Shown: positions 10,254 through 20,416, numbered from the stretch's first letter. The stretch: 64,000 nucleotides of DNA from an uncultured Candidatus Saccharibacteria bacterium (GCA_964356795.1 CAYHIK010000001.1:3111-67110); one strand, 5' to 3'. Translations and numbers: made by a program. The notes: a model not told the origin generated them from the sequence alone.

Positions 10254-10324
10254 AGTCAACTCCTTGGAACGAACACACCTACGCGATGTATTATGCCACA
10301 AATAATGTAGATGTACAAGAATCG

Positions 10325-11692
10325 CTACAGCTCAAATGATTGGCCCATATGGGGCACGATTGCGTCGACGCCAAGCTCCTGATGGGCGCGGTCCGCGAGT
10401 GCTTGGGAAGCTTCTGCCTCACCTTGGACGACAAAGCACTTCTTGAGCGTATTCCCTTGGTTTGCCTGTCGAATGTACTCCATGAGACCGTTTTGATCGG
10501 CATGCGCGGAGTATGCCCCAATCGAGGCGACATGGGCGCGGACCGGGACCTGCTCTCCAAGAATGCTCACCACCTTCTCACCGTCTTTGATTCTGCGTCC
10601 AAGCGAACCTTTTACCTGGTATCCGATAAACAAAATTGTATTTCGATTATCAGGAAGGTATCGACGCTCGTGATGCACGATACGACCACCCTGGCTCATA
10701 CCTGCGCCCGCGATAATAATCTTTGGAGCGGGAATACTATTAATTCCCTTTGATTGTGCGACCGCGGGAGTAAACGTGAGCCATGGGAACTGGAAGATTC
10801 CCCTGTTGTCACTGAGGAGCTCGCGAGCTTCTTCATTGAAGTACCGAGAAAATTTTCCATACTCTTTGGTAATCTCAATCGCAAGCGGACTATCAACGAA
10901 TACGGGCATGCGCGGAAGCTGTCCGGCTTCGAAGAGTGTGTCGAGCTCGAGCATCAGCTCTTGGGTTCGCTCAATAGCAAACGATGGAATCATCAGCACT
11001 CCCCCTCGTTCGTATGTTTGTAGAATTGTGTCGAGAAGTATCTGCCGCCGCTCACCGCGCGCCTCATGGAGACGATTGCCGTAGGCAGATTCAACGAGCG
11101 CATAGTCAACACCGCGCACGTAATCGATGTCGTGCAGGAGTGTGGATGGCGGATTTCCAATATCTCCCGAGAATAAAATTCGCTGTGCACGACCCTGCTC
11201 TTCGACGATGAACTCCCATGCGGTTGAGCCAAGCACATGGCCCGTGTCGTGCCCAATCATGGTCACCGCATGGTTGAGTTTTATTTTTTGACGATACGGG
11301 ACACCACGGAAAAGACTCACCGCGCCATCAAGGTCGTTGCGATCATAGAGCGGAGGCACTCCATGTGAACGCGCCTCAGATACAATCTTATCCAGCGTAT
11401 CGGGAAGCGCGGCAGCAACGATACCAGCGGTGGGCTCTGATGTGTAGATAACCCCACGGAATCCCTCACGATACAATTTTGGAATGCGACCCGTGTGATC
11501 GACGTGACTGTGTGTAATACACACATAGTCGATGGTCGCCGGATCGTACCCGAACTCATCGTAGTTCATCTCATCGTTATACCGAGAACCCTGAATCATC
11601 CCGCAATCAACGATGATGCGAAGCCCACCCGCTTCGAGTAAATAATTTGCTCCTGTCACGTATGCTGCGCCGCCAAAAAATGTAAGCTTCAT
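10325..11692 (-). CDS. MBL-fold beta-CASP family RNA-metabolising hydrolase (COG1236/RNase J-like)
   Basis: HSHVDHTG (the HxHxDH motif) in an N-terminal MBL domain, followed by a beta-CASP/RMMBL-like C-terminus. 455 aa. Confidence 0.65.
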   Translation of the reverse strand: MKLTFFGGAAYVTGANYLLEAGGLRIIVDCGMIQGSRYNDEMNYDEFGYDPATIDYVCITHSHVDHTGRIPKLYREGFRGVIYTSEPTAGIVAAALPDTLDKIVSEARSHGVPPLYDRNDLDGAVSLFRGVPYRQKIKLNHAVTMIGHDTGHVLGSTAWEFIVEEQGRAQRILFSGDIGNPPSTLLHDIDYVRGVDYALVESAYGNRLHEARGERRQILLDTILQTYERGGVLMIPSFAIERTQELMLELDTLFEAGQLPRMPVFVDSPLAIEITKEYGKFSRYFNEEARELLSDNRGIFQFPWLTFTPAVAQSKGINSIPAPKIIIAGAGMSQGGRIVHHERRYLPDNRNTILFIGYQVKGSLGRRIKDGEKVVSILGEQVPVRAHVASIGAYSAHADQNGLMEYIRQANQGNTLKKCFVVQGEAEASQALADRAHQELGVDAIVPHMGQSFEL

Positions 11693-11722
11693 CTCTTCTA
11701 GTATATACCATCCAGCGCAACA

Positions 11723-12556
11723 CTATATCCCCAGGGAGATTGCAAGCGCATACCCGAGAATTGCGGAAACGGCGATGGGAGGAAGGGCCGCCATGGGCGC
11801 AGTGCGCTCTTGGCGCGAGAATAGCCAGTGCATCACCGAGACGCCCACGAGCGAGAAGCCCGAAATCATCAATGCGGCGCCCACCGACTGACTCAATGCT
11901 GACACAGCAAGAATAAGCGGGAGGCCGATATCACCCGAACCAAGCACCATAACGTTCCGCTCCTGAATAGCGACAGAGCGCTTCTTAAAAAATGTGCGAA
12001 TACGTGCAGGAACGAGGAAACCAAATACTGCCCCACTCTGCATCATGCGCCCCGCCATCACTACCATGTGGCGAGAGCGATACACTGAGTAGATGTCATA
12101 TATTGAAAGAAGCGCGAGGAATGCGGACGCGATGAGCGGTGTAAGCGAGAGGCCAATGATTCCAGAGATACCGCCAATACCGAATATGATGGCGATGTTG
12201 TGAATAATTACCAAGGGAACCCGCCACGCGAGAAATGCGATAAGCACACCAGCGAGAAGGCTGTAGGGCATAGGAGTAATAGCTGCAAACACAAACTGCG
12301 CCCCCGCAATCAGCGCGACCATGAGAAAGAACGCGAGCGAGTAGCGTGCCACGCGCGCAAAGCGAACCATGACGTAGGTAAACACCGCAAATACCGCAAT
12401 GAAGATGAATGCACTCTGCATGCTCAGCTCGAGCGCGCCCAATCCTCCGCCAAGCCCCGGGGTTACGATATGCTTCCATGCCGCACACAGCGCAACAGCA
12501 ATCGTGCCAACGTAGAGCACGATCATAGACATAAACACGCGTATCGAATTACTCAT
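11723..12556 (-). CDS. presenilin/signal-peptide-peptidase-like intramembrane aspartyl protease (A22-like)
   Basis: Polytopic membrane protein with a YD motif in one TM (SIYDIYSVY), a GxGD-like motif in another (LGSGDIGLPL) and a PAL-like motif (AALPPIA). Confidence 0.4.
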   Translation of the reverse strand: MSNSIRVFMSMIVLYVGTIAVALCAAWKHIVTPGLGGGLGALELSMQSAFIFIAVFAVFTYVMVRFARVARYSLAFFLMVALIAGAQFVFAAITPMPYSLLAGVLIAFLAWRVPLVIIHNIAIIFGIGGISGIIGLSLTPLIASAFLALLSIYDIYSVYRSRHMVVMAGRMMQSGAVFGFLVPARIRTFFKKRSVAIQERNVMVLGSGDIGLPLILAVSALSQSVGAALMISGFSLVGVSVMHWLFSRQERTAPMAALPPIAVSAILGYALAISLGI

Positions 12557-13008
12557 TCACGAACAATTATAACACCTGCCTCATTTGTATTCGAGGCGTT
12601 CGTATATGCGTAGGTCCCAACAATAGAAAACGTATACGCGTAGTAGCCATTAGGATACACCGTACCAACACTATCAAACTCGGGAGTCCGCTGACCCGGT
12701 TGAAGCTGGGCAGTAATGCGGATAGGAAGTGGGCTTTCGTTTTTCCAGCGTACGGTATCCCCTGCATGAATGCGCAAGTTCGTAGGACTAAACACTCCGA
12801 AACGATAGCTCACATTATAGATACGCGCGTCGCGCTCCGCAGTAGAGGTTGGTGTTGGTTCAGGATTGTATTCAGGAGGACTTCCGAGCATCACCACCGC
12901 ACCAGTCATCATGAGGAGCACGAGCAGAATGAGCGGCCACAAATGAGGCCGTCCAAATGATGGTTCAGGTTCGGTACGACGTACTGCAAGAATAGCCGAT
13001 GTATCCAT
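12553..13008 (-). CDS. membrane-anchored hypothetical protein with cupredoxin-like beta domain (no Cu ligands)
   Basis: N-terminal TM segment, then a beta-rich domain (IHAGDTVRWKN...GVIIV) that resembles a plastocyanin-like fold but lacks the His/Cys/Met copper ligands. Confidence 0.35.
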   Translation of the reverse strand: MDTSAILAVRRTEPEPSFGRPHLWPLILLVLLMMTGAVVMLGSPPEYNPEPTPTSTAERDARIYNVSYRFGVFSPTNLRIHAGDTVRWKNESPLPIRITAQLQPGQRTPEFDSVGTVYPNGYYAYTFSIVGTYAYTNASNTNEAGVIIVRE

Positions 13009-13068
13009 GGCGAATAATCGTGATTGTATACTATTGATCGAATAAAAGCCACGAAGAAAAACCCGATC

Positions 13069-13743
13069 CTAATGGATCGGGAATGCGTTCGCGCGGGTGC
13101 GGATACTTCGAATCATCCTCTTCACAGCGCGGAGCGATGCAGTCTGTGGCATTAGTTGAAAGCATGCGCGGAACGCCCATGCCCGCTCCGGCTCATCGCG
13201 ATACAATCCTTGAATCATCGCACGGAGACTATCGCTATTGAACACCTCGTGAGAGTCATCGGCGTGACGACCAAACACCATGAATAGCGTCATATACCGG
13301 AGCAGACGCTGTGCATGCACGAGATCGGCGCTCCAAAAACAAGTCGCCCATGCCGCGCGCAGGTCTTCAACCGACTGCGCACTCGCCATGTATCGCCGTT
13401 CACATGGCTCAACGTGAAATCGAAATGGAAGGCACCACTCTCGCACGATGTGCGTATCCGTCGAATTGAATACGACGAGATGTACATCAGCGATAACTGC
13501 CCACACCTCACGAATCGTCATGTGGGGAAACAACACGTGGTATGCAGTATGAGCCCTCTCATTCCATGGGAACAAGTTGAACTCACGATCTGGACCATTC
13601 CGACTCCTAGGCTCCATGTGGTGCATCCTAGCATTCGGGTACTTCAGCTTGTACGGCTCTCGGGCTGTCGCATACGCTTGGTGCGGGTCGCCACTGGTAT
13701 GCCTCACGCGAGAAACCTCCTTGCATGAAACGAACTCAAGCAC
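13069..13743 (-). CDS. hypothetical protein
   Basis: 224-codon ORF inside the GC-rich block; no recognisable motifs. Confidence 0.35.
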   Translation of the reverse strand: MLEFVSCKEVSRVRHTSGDPHQAYATAREPYKLKYPNARMHHMEPRSRNGPDREFNLFPWNERAHTAYHVLFPHMTIREVWAVIADVHLVVFNSTDTHIVREWCLPFRFHVEPCERRYMASAQSVEDLRAAWATCFWSADLVHAQRLLRYMTLFMVFGRHADDSHEVFNSDSLRAMIQGLYRDEPERAWAFRACFQLMPQTASLRAVKRMIRSIRTRANAFPIH

Positions 13744-13815
13744 ACGGTATCATGCATACGTATTGTGTCAAAAAAACAGCCCAATCTTGGAGATTGAGCT
13801 GTAACCGAACAAATA

Positions 13816-15543
13816 CTAGGCGAGTACCACGGGATTCACCCCACGCGCGAACACGTAGTGTGGGGTCATGTCGGCGCGAGAGATGCGCGCCCACCACGGA
13901 TAGAACGTTCGAAGCCAGTGCTCGAGCGACAAGAATCGCTGACGCACCTCATCGTTGACGCCCCACTTGGTTCGTTGCCATGCGCAGAATTCGGCCTGAC
14001 GAAGATCAGATGTCATTTGGTACATCACCAAGTTGCCCATCGCCAGCGGGTACTCCGAAATTTCCGCAGGCACATGCGCCTGCACGAACGATGCATAGCA
14101 CTCCGCATCTCGCGCACGAGCGCTCGTACACGCCCGCGTGAACGCCTCGCTCTGAAACTTAGGATACGTGTAGAATCCGAGCAACGGTGTTACCCGGCTC
14201 CGTGCATGGACACTCAAGCTTTGACGCTGAAGGTCGCGCCATCCACGAAACGACATCGCATTCTGCACCATCACCGATGCAACTCGGAACAACTCCGGAA
14301 GTTTATCGTATTCACCACGTGGAACATCCTGGAGCGACGAGATGAAACGCTCAAACTCCTGCTCAATCTTATTCGCGAAGTCGATACCCCCGTAGATACG
14401 ACCATCGCGTGCCAAGAGGAGTCGCTCCATCACGCGACGTTCGTCGAACAAATCGAACACGAGTTCTTCCGTCGTCTCGATATACCGTGGCATGCTCCGC
14501 TCCCACGGAGTCGGATCGCAGTGCCGAAGGAAGTATCCGTGTCCTGCGCGCACCGTTTCATCCTGAATCATCTGTGCGACTGCGACGCACTCGGGAGAGT
14601 TCTCCAGTCGCAAGTGCTTCAAGAGCTCGCCCATTGCCTCGCCTGAAACGGCAAGTCCGAGTTCGGTCAGCGTAGCGCACGGCAACAGATTGCCCAGCAC
14701 GTCGCACGACTCACCAATAACGCCGGCGTTCAAATCTTTCTGATCTGTGACGCGCGACGAAGCCCACTCGCGCACTTCGTTCGGAAACGGTCCATCAAAG
14801 TTCGCACCGATGAGTTCTCGGTACGCTTCAACCGAAGCCTCAATGGTAACCTTGGCTCGGCGTTCGTATGCTTCACCGAAAACGCCAAGCTCGTTCCAGA
14901 TGGGGTACTGGCTCTTTCCCGAGAAGTCGACGTATCGCGTCGAAAGCTCGATGAATGCCGTCCCCGGCCAGGTCCTCTCGATAATCTTTGCGACCAGAAT
15001 CGAAACCTGCTCAACGCACAGAATGAGCCGGGCGGGTCGGATAATCGAGTTGTGGCCATACCGATCCAGGTGCTCATTCTTGAAGTCCTGGATACGCTTC
15101 GATGTGGCGATGTGGCGCCAGTACTCGGGATCGCCTGCAGCACTCACGAAAGACTCGAAGAGCGAGTCGAACGCAGGCGAATGATTACAAACGGCGTCGA
15201 GACCAGAGATGCTGAGCGTTCGGAACATCTTCTGGAGATCACGCCAATCCAGGTGCTGCGCACCTCCTTCGCCCTCACGAATCCCCGCAAACATCAGGAC
15301 GGGAATGAGGTTGTCCACGATATGCCCGCGAAGACCCCGCGAATTCTTGAGTCGCGAGTACATCGCAAGCACCGTCGCAATGACTGACTCGGGAAGCCCC
15401 GACAAGAAGAAAATCTTCCGATCGATGTTCGAACAAATCGCGGCCAATGCTCGCTTTTCGCGATTCGTAAACGTATAACTCACCGGCGCATTCACAAACT
15501 CTCGCGCCGCCGCATCCATCTCCGCCCGCATACTCGCGTCCAT
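13816..15543 (-). CDS. hypothetical protein (575 aa), GC-rich
   Basis: Long uninterrupted ORF with GC-ending codons. No confident family assignment. Confidence 0.45.
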   Translation of the reverse strand: MDASMRAEMDAAAREFVNAPVSYTFTNREKRALAAICSNIDRKIFFLSGLPESVIATVLAMYSRLKNSRGLRGHIVDNLIPVLMFAGIREGEGGAQHLDWRDLQKMFRTLSISGLDAVCNHSPAFDSLFESFVSAAGDPEYWRHIATSKRIQDFKNEHLDRYGHNSIIRPARLILCVEQVSILVAKIIERTWPGTAFIELSTRYVDFSGKSQYPIWNELGVFGEAYERRAKVTIEASVEAYRELIGANFDGPFPNEVREWASSRVTDQKDLNAGVIGESCDVLGNLLPCATLTELGLAVSGEAMGELLKHLRLENSPECVAVAQMIQDETVRAGHGYFLRHCDPTPWERSMPRYIETTEELVFDLFDERRVMERLLLARDGRIYGGIDFANKIEQEFERFISSLQDVPRGEYDKLPELFRVASVMVQNAMSFRGWRDLQRQSLSVHARSRVTPLLGFYTYPKFQSEAFTRACTSARARDAECYASFVQAHVPAEISEYPLAMGNLVMYQMTSDLRQAEFCAWQRTKWGVNDEVRQRFLSLEHWLRTFYPWWARISRADMTPHYVFARGVNPVVLA

Positions 15544-15636
15544 GATTTCTACCCCTTGTTAACGTGCCCGCGCACCGTAACAAATAAAAAAGCCCCGCAC
15601 AACGAGTGCGGGGAATCTGCCTGCCGAGAAGCGCGA

Positions 15637-16020
15637 CTAGAACACGAACGAGGCGAGAATCGACAGAACCGCGACGAGGGCAAGTAGTCCCGCCGACACC
15701 GAAAGGTGACTCATCCCCTCGGGATCCTGCTCAATCGTTGCGTACACCAGAGATGCGTTCACTCCAAATACCAGAGCGCACAGACCAAAGAGAGGTCCGT
15801 ACCACGGATTCCCCGTGAACCCCGTCGTAACACATAGGACTCCGCCAGAAGACATCGCAAGCACACCAAGAAATCGCACCCGTGAAAATTCACCGAGAAC
15901 GGTGTCGAGAAAATACTGCCGCCGAAAATCCCATACACCGAGCGCCACGAGTACAAGCCCGACAATTCCTAGAACCAGCACGACGCACCTCCTACAGAAG
16001 ACTTCGGACGACATCCGCAT
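15637..16020 (-). CDS. small membrane protein
   Basis: 127 aa with 3-4 hydrophobic segments. It overlaps the start of the Mur ligase gene by about 29 nt. Confidence 0.35.
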   Translation of the reverse strand: MRMSSEVFCRRCVVLVLGIVGLVLVALGVWDFRRQYFLDTVLGEFSRVRFLGVLAMSSGGVLCVTTGFTGNPWYGPLFGLCALVFGVNASLVYATIEQDPEGMSHLSVSAGLLALVAVLSILASFVF

Positions 16021-17290
16021 CTGACCAAGGAATCTTGCGCCCTCCAGCCAGTGCGATGCTTGTCTCCGAGCCTTTGCCTGTGATAATTACTATATCTCCT
16101 TTTTTCGCATCAGTCAATGCCTGTGCGATTGCCTCACGACGGTCCATGATGCGTTTTGTTTTTGTGCGACCAGATTCAGAGATGCCCTCCGCCACATCGT
16201 CGAGAATGCGCTTGGGATTTTCATCATAGGGGTCTTCGTTCGTGAGAATAATATTGTCGCAATACTTCTCTGCAAGTGCTCCAAACTTCGGTCGCTTCCA
16301 TGTATCACGTCCGCCCCCTGCAGCACCCAGCACTGCGATAAGGTTCTTAGCATTCGGCCGAAGCGTTGCATACACCGCCTCGAGGGATTCGGGCGTATGA
16401 GCATAATCTACCACCACGCCAAATGGTTCTTTCTGAATCCACTGCAACCGCCCCGGAATTTCCGCGATACTCTCAATAATTGGCTGTGCCGTTGGCAGGT
16501 CTACTCCATACATTGAAGCAGTCGATAGCGCGGCAAGAATATTGAGTACATTAAAATGACCGCCCAAGCGCGCCTCAAAGCGCGTGCCATACACATTGAA
16601 CGCAACGCAGTCTTCATGCACATCGAGCTGACTCGCGCGCATCTCACCACCCTCGACGCCGAAGAATAATTTCTTTTGTGCGGGGAATGATGCAAAGTAA
16701 TGCACCTCGGGATCATCGGCGTTCATGATGTGCACGTGCTGAGTGGTGGTAAATAATTTCCCCTTTGATGCACGATACTGCTCGTACCCTCCATGCGCCT
16801 CAATATGCTCGGGATGGAGATTCGTCCATACGGCACAATCAAACGTGACACCGATGTGACGCCCCTGCGCCAAACCTTCTGACGGAACTTCCATCACTAC
16901 ATGCGTGCAACCCGCAGACACCGCTTCGCGTAAAAACTTTTGAATCTTCCAGCGCCCTGGCATCGTCATCTTGAGTGTATTAGGCCACTCACGCTCTCGA
17001 ATCTTGTATCCAAGCGAACCAATCGCAGCAACTTTGACGCCAGCACCCTCGAGGAGTTTTGTGGTCAGATACACAACCGTGCTCTTCCCCTTAGTACCGG
17101 TGACGCCAATAACCTTGAGTTTCTGCGAGGGGAAGCCATAGCGAAGCGCCCCCGTCCACGCAAGCACTGGATGATACACACGCGCGGCAACACCAAACAC
17201 ACGCTTTGGGATAAAGCGCTTGATAAACCGCAGTGATGCATCAAGAATTCCCTCTTTAAACATGAGCCCAAGGATACTAGCGCGGAGCAA
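15992..17290 (-). CDS. murE: Mur ligase family, MurE-like UDP-MurNAc-tripeptide synthetase (short N-terminus)
   Basis: P-loop VIGVTGTKGKST. The central domain has TNLHPEHIEAHGGYEQYRASKGKLF. The C-terminal domain has DYAHTP...GAAGGGRDTWKRP...NEDPYDENP...GKGSE, matching the MurE DNPR-type signature. Confidence 0.6.
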   Translation of the reverse strand: MLRASILGLMFKEGILDASLRFIKRFIPKRVFGVAARVYHPVLAWTGALRYGFPSQKLKVIGVTGTKGKSTVVYLTTKLLEGAGVKVAAIGSLGYKIREREWPNTLKMTMPGRWKIQKFLREAVSAGCTHVVMEVPSEGLAQGRHIGVTFDCAVWTNLHPEHIEAHGGYEQYRASKGKLFTTTQHVHIMNADDPEVHYFASFPAQKKLFFGVEGGEMRASQLDVHEDCVAFNVYGTRFEARLGGHFNVLNILAALSTASMYGVDLPTAQPIIESIAEIPGRLQWIQKEPFGVVVDYAHTPESLEAVYATLRPNAKNLIAVLGAAGGGRDTWKRPKFGALAEKYCDNIILTNEDPYDENPKRILDDVAEGISESGRTKTKRIMDRREAIAQALTDAKKGDIVIITGKGSETSIALAGGRKIPWSDADVVRSLL

Positions 17291-18197
17291 TCTTGTACAG
17301 CCACGACCAGAATCGCTTGAATGTCATATCAAATGCACCGGGATACTCGATGGTGCGCGCGCCGAAGCCAAGCTTGAATCGCGTAACGCCGGGGTATTGG
17401 TCGGCATCGATTCCCCAGAAGTCATACCACGCGTATCCACGCTGTTTGTATTGCTGCATGAGCGTCCAGTGGAGAAGATGGGGCGCCATCAATGCACGAT
17501 GCTCGCGATCCATTGCACCGTGGAGATAGGTGACGGTCTTGCCGTGTTCAATCATAATTGCGGCGGCAATCGGTGCGCCACCGTAGCGCGCAACGTAGAG
17601 CACCGCACGAACCGCTGAATCAGAAGATGAAAAGTAGCGGAGTAACTTCTTGTAGTAGAGCATCCCGTGCGTACGGAAATCATCGTGCTCTGCGGTTTGC
17701 TGAAGGAGTTTCCAAAAAATATCGATGTCGGAAGATTGCTCGATCGTCACCCCTTTTCGTTCCGCGAGATTTATATTGTAACGATGCTTGTGGTGGAGCT
17801 TGTTGAGGAGTTCGTCATCGGAAAGCGTTAAGTCGGCGACGACCGTGCGTTTCGGCTGCATGTGTCGATACGAATGGCGTAATCGCATGCCGTTGCGAAT
17901 GAGAAGCTCGGGAACCATATCGTGCAGTGGCTCCATCTTGATAAACATACTCCCCTCGCGATGCGCGAGATCTTTGAGGTAGTGCGTAAAATGCGCTACC
18001 TCGTTGCGTAGGCCATCGCGCGCAAGCTCAAGATTCAATTCTGGTCCATAGGGAATATAGAGGAAGTTCTGCCCCATGCGAACATCGTGCCGTATAATAT
18101 TTGCCTTGAGGAATCCATCATCAAGACGCCACACGGGACGACCCAGATGCTTCTGAAATGCGAGCCACTCGATAGACTGTAGAAATGGACGATCCAT
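17277..18197 (-). CDS. FemAB-family aminoacyl-tRNA-dependent peptidoglycan bridge transferase
   Basis: 306 aa with FemAB-like YLHGAMD...WYDFWGI motifs, inside the cell-wall cluster. Confidence 0.6.
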   Translation of the reverse strand: MDRPFLQSIEWLAFQKHLGRPVWRLDDGFLKANIIRHDVRMGQNFLYIPYGPELNLELARDGLRNEVAHFTHYLKDLAHREGSMFIKMEPLHDMVPELLIRNGMRLRHSYRHMQPKRTVVADLTLSDDELLNKLHHKHRYNINLAERKGVTIEQSSDIDIFWKLLQQTAEHDDFRTHGMLYYKKLLRYFSSSDSAVRAVLYVARYGGAPIAAAIMIEHGKTVTYLHGAMDREHRALMAPHLLHWTLMQQYKQRGYAWYDFWGIDADQYPGVTRFKLGFGARTIEYPGAFDMTFKRFWSWLYKIAPR

Positions 18198-18217
18198 AGC
18201 GGTAGTATACCACGCGC

Positions 18218-19297
18218 CTAGCCAGTGCGCTCAGCAACGTTAAGCACCATCCCGAGCCCCGACAGCATGGCGACCATCGAAGTTCCTCCATAGCTAATGA
18301 ACGGCAGTGGAACCCCCGTCAGTGGGCCCAGGCCGGTCACAGCAGTAATATTCACCACCGCCTGAGTCATTACCCATATACACATCCCTGTACACAATAG
18401 CGCCCCAAAACCATCGTGCGCTCGCTGTGCAGTCATCATCAAGAGCGTTGCGAGAAATGCGAATAATGAAAGCGTGACAATACCACCCACAAGACCGAGC
18501 TCCTCCATGAGAATTGCAAAAATAGAATCTCCGATTGGCTCCGGCAAGAATCCTAGTTTTTGCGTACTCTGGCTCAGCCCCACACCCCACACCCCACCCG
18601 AACCAATCGCAATCAGCGATTGGTTTAATTGCCAGCCAGTTCCGCGAACATCCGCCTGCGGATTAAAGATTGTAGTAATACGAGCGAGGCGGAGCGGCGA
18701 CACAAATGCCGCAATGCCAATCATCGCCACTACCGCAATAACAACGGCGACGGAATGACGAATCGGGGTGCCCGCAAAAAAGTAAATACTTCCCGCGATA
18801 ATTGAAATAATGCCCAACGTTCCAAGGTCAGGCTGGAGCAGCAAGAGAAACGCCACAAAACCGGTCACAAGCGCGAAGGGTAAGAAGCCAAGTTGCCAGC
18901 TCTTGATTCGCTCGGAGCGCTCGCCAAGCCATGCCGCCAAATACACAATGAGCGCAAGCTTGAGAAACTCAGCAGGCTGGAATGTGAAGACGCCCAAGCT
19001 CAACCAACTCGTCGCGCCCTTCAGGTGCACACCAATACTCGGAACGAATACCAAAATCATTGCGACCAACGCAACGGCGAGAAACGGAAACGCGAGCACA
19101 CGAAGCTTGCGATAATCAAAACGCCAGAAAAAATAAAGCCCGAGGAGCCCGGGTAATATTCCGTATAACAACTGGTGGCGCCAATAATACGCAGAGGACC
19201 CGAATTGCTTCTCCGCTTGCACAGAGCTCGCGGACGACAACACAATAAGGCCAAAGACGAGCAAGATGAGAACTACCCCGAATATACGTCGAGCCAT
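18218..19297 (-). CDS. ftsW: SEDS-family peptidoglycan glycosyltransferase FtsW/RodA
   Basis: A 10-TM protein with the SEDS QPAEFLKLALIV motif and a SYGGTSM-type C-terminus. Confidence 0.85.
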   Translation of the reverse strand: MARRIFGVVLILLVFGLIVLSSASSVQAEKQFGSSAYYWRHQLLYGILPGLLGLYFFWRFDYRKLRVLAFPFLAVALVAMILVFVPSIGVHLKGATSWLSLGVFTFQPAEFLKLALIVYLAAWLGERSERIKSWQLGFLPFALVTGFVAFLLLLQPDLGTLGIISIIAGSIYFFAGTPIRHSVAVVIAVVAMIGIAAFVSPLRLARITTIFNPQADVRGTGWQLNQSLIAIGSGGVWGVGLSQSTQKLGFLPEPIGDSIFAILMEELGLVGGIVTLSLFAFLATLLMMTAQRAHDGFGALLCTGMCIWVMTQAVVNITAVTGLGPLTGVPLPFISYGGTSMVAMLSGLGMVLNVAERTG

Positions 19298-19318
19298 ACC
19301 GATAGTGTATCACACTCG

Positions 19319-20416
19319 CTATCGGAAAATGGTGCGCATCAAATCCTGAAGAACGGCACCGTTGAGCGGCGGGAGAATGGAGTCGGTGAGAAACAGCGCA
19401 AGCCCAACAATGGAGCCAATTGCACTCACCATCCAGAAACGCATCGTAATTTGGGTCTCATGCCATCCAAGCGCTTCGAAGTGATGGTGAATCGGCGTCG
19501 AAATGAAAATCTTCTTTCCACGAAGCTTCTTGCTCGTCATCTGCACAATGACTGAAAGCGACTCCATAACCAACACAATACCGATGACCGGTAAGAGGAG
19601 CGGAGTATTGGTAAGCATCGCAACAACGCCAACAGTGAAGCCAAGCGCCATCACGCCGGTATCCCCCATGAAAAACCGAGCTGGGTAAATGTTGAACCAC
19701 AAAAATGCAATCAGCGCCCCAATGAGGGCAGCGAGGAATACAACCAAATCCATATGCCCCTGATCAAATGCGATACCCGCGTACGCGGCGAGCATCGTCA
19801 TCAACGTGCCACCTACAAGCCCATCGAGGCCATCGGTTTCATTGCTCGAAAACGCAGTAGCAACAATCACAAAAACAAAGAAGAGTCCGTACCACAGTGG
19901 GCCGATAACCACATCTCCCATGAATGGGATATTGATAGCATCGTATCCGAGCTTTACCACGAACCACCACGCGCCAATCAGTGCGACAAGCGTGTACAAC
20001 AGCATGCGTTGCTTCATGCCAAATCCACCCCTGCGTCGAATGCCGATAATGTCGTCGGCCATTCCCACGAGCCCGGCGACAATCAAAAATCCGAGTGGCA
20101 AATACGTCTCGGAGCGTACGAGGAAATTCATACGACTCCAGAATCCATCAACGGTAAAATGAAGCCCCCAGAACAGGAGCGTGATAGCGACTGCAGTGAA
20201 CCACACCACAAACCCACCCATAGTGGGCGTGCCCTCTTTCTTTGAGTGGAGTGCATTAAATACGGGAGCTCCCTCGCGAGAAATCTGCTTGCCCCGCGCA
20301 AAGTATTTCTGCAACACCTTCATCCAGAGCGGTGTGAGAATTGATGCAACAAAAAACGACAGTGTCGCCACGGTCAGGATTCGCACCACATTAAATATCG
20401 TAAACGTCTCGTCCAT
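19319..20416 (-). CDS. mraY: phospho-N-acetylmuramoyl-pentapeptide transferase MraY
   Basis: MGDTGVMALGFTVG and HHHFE motifs in a polytopic membrane protein of 365 aa. Confidence 0.85.
   Translation of the reverse strand: MDETFTIFNVVRILTVATLSFFVASILTPLWMKVLQKYFARGKQISREGAPVFNALHSKKEGTPTMGGFVVWFTAVAITLLFWGLHFTVDGFWSRMNFLVRSETYLPLGFLIVAGLVGMADDIIGIRRRGGFGMKQRMLLYTLVALIGAWWFVVKLGYDAINIPFMGDVVIGPLWYGLFFVFVIVATAFSSNETDGLDGLVGGTLMTMLAAYAGIAFDQGHMDLVVFLAALIGALIAFLWFNIYPARFFMGDTGVMALGFTVGVVAMLTNTPLLLPVIGIVLVMESLSVIVQMTSKKLRGKKIFISTPIHHHFEALGWHETQITMRFWMVSAIGSIVGLALFLTDSILPPLNGAVLQDLMRTIFR

Noticed and set aside
13816-15543. Possible ThyX (flavin-dependent thymidylate synthase) assignment for the 575-aa protein
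   Set aside because: A segment (LQRQSLSVHARSR) loosely resembles the ThyX RHR-x7-S region. But the RHR catalytic triplet is absent and the register does not align, so I left the protein as hypothetical.
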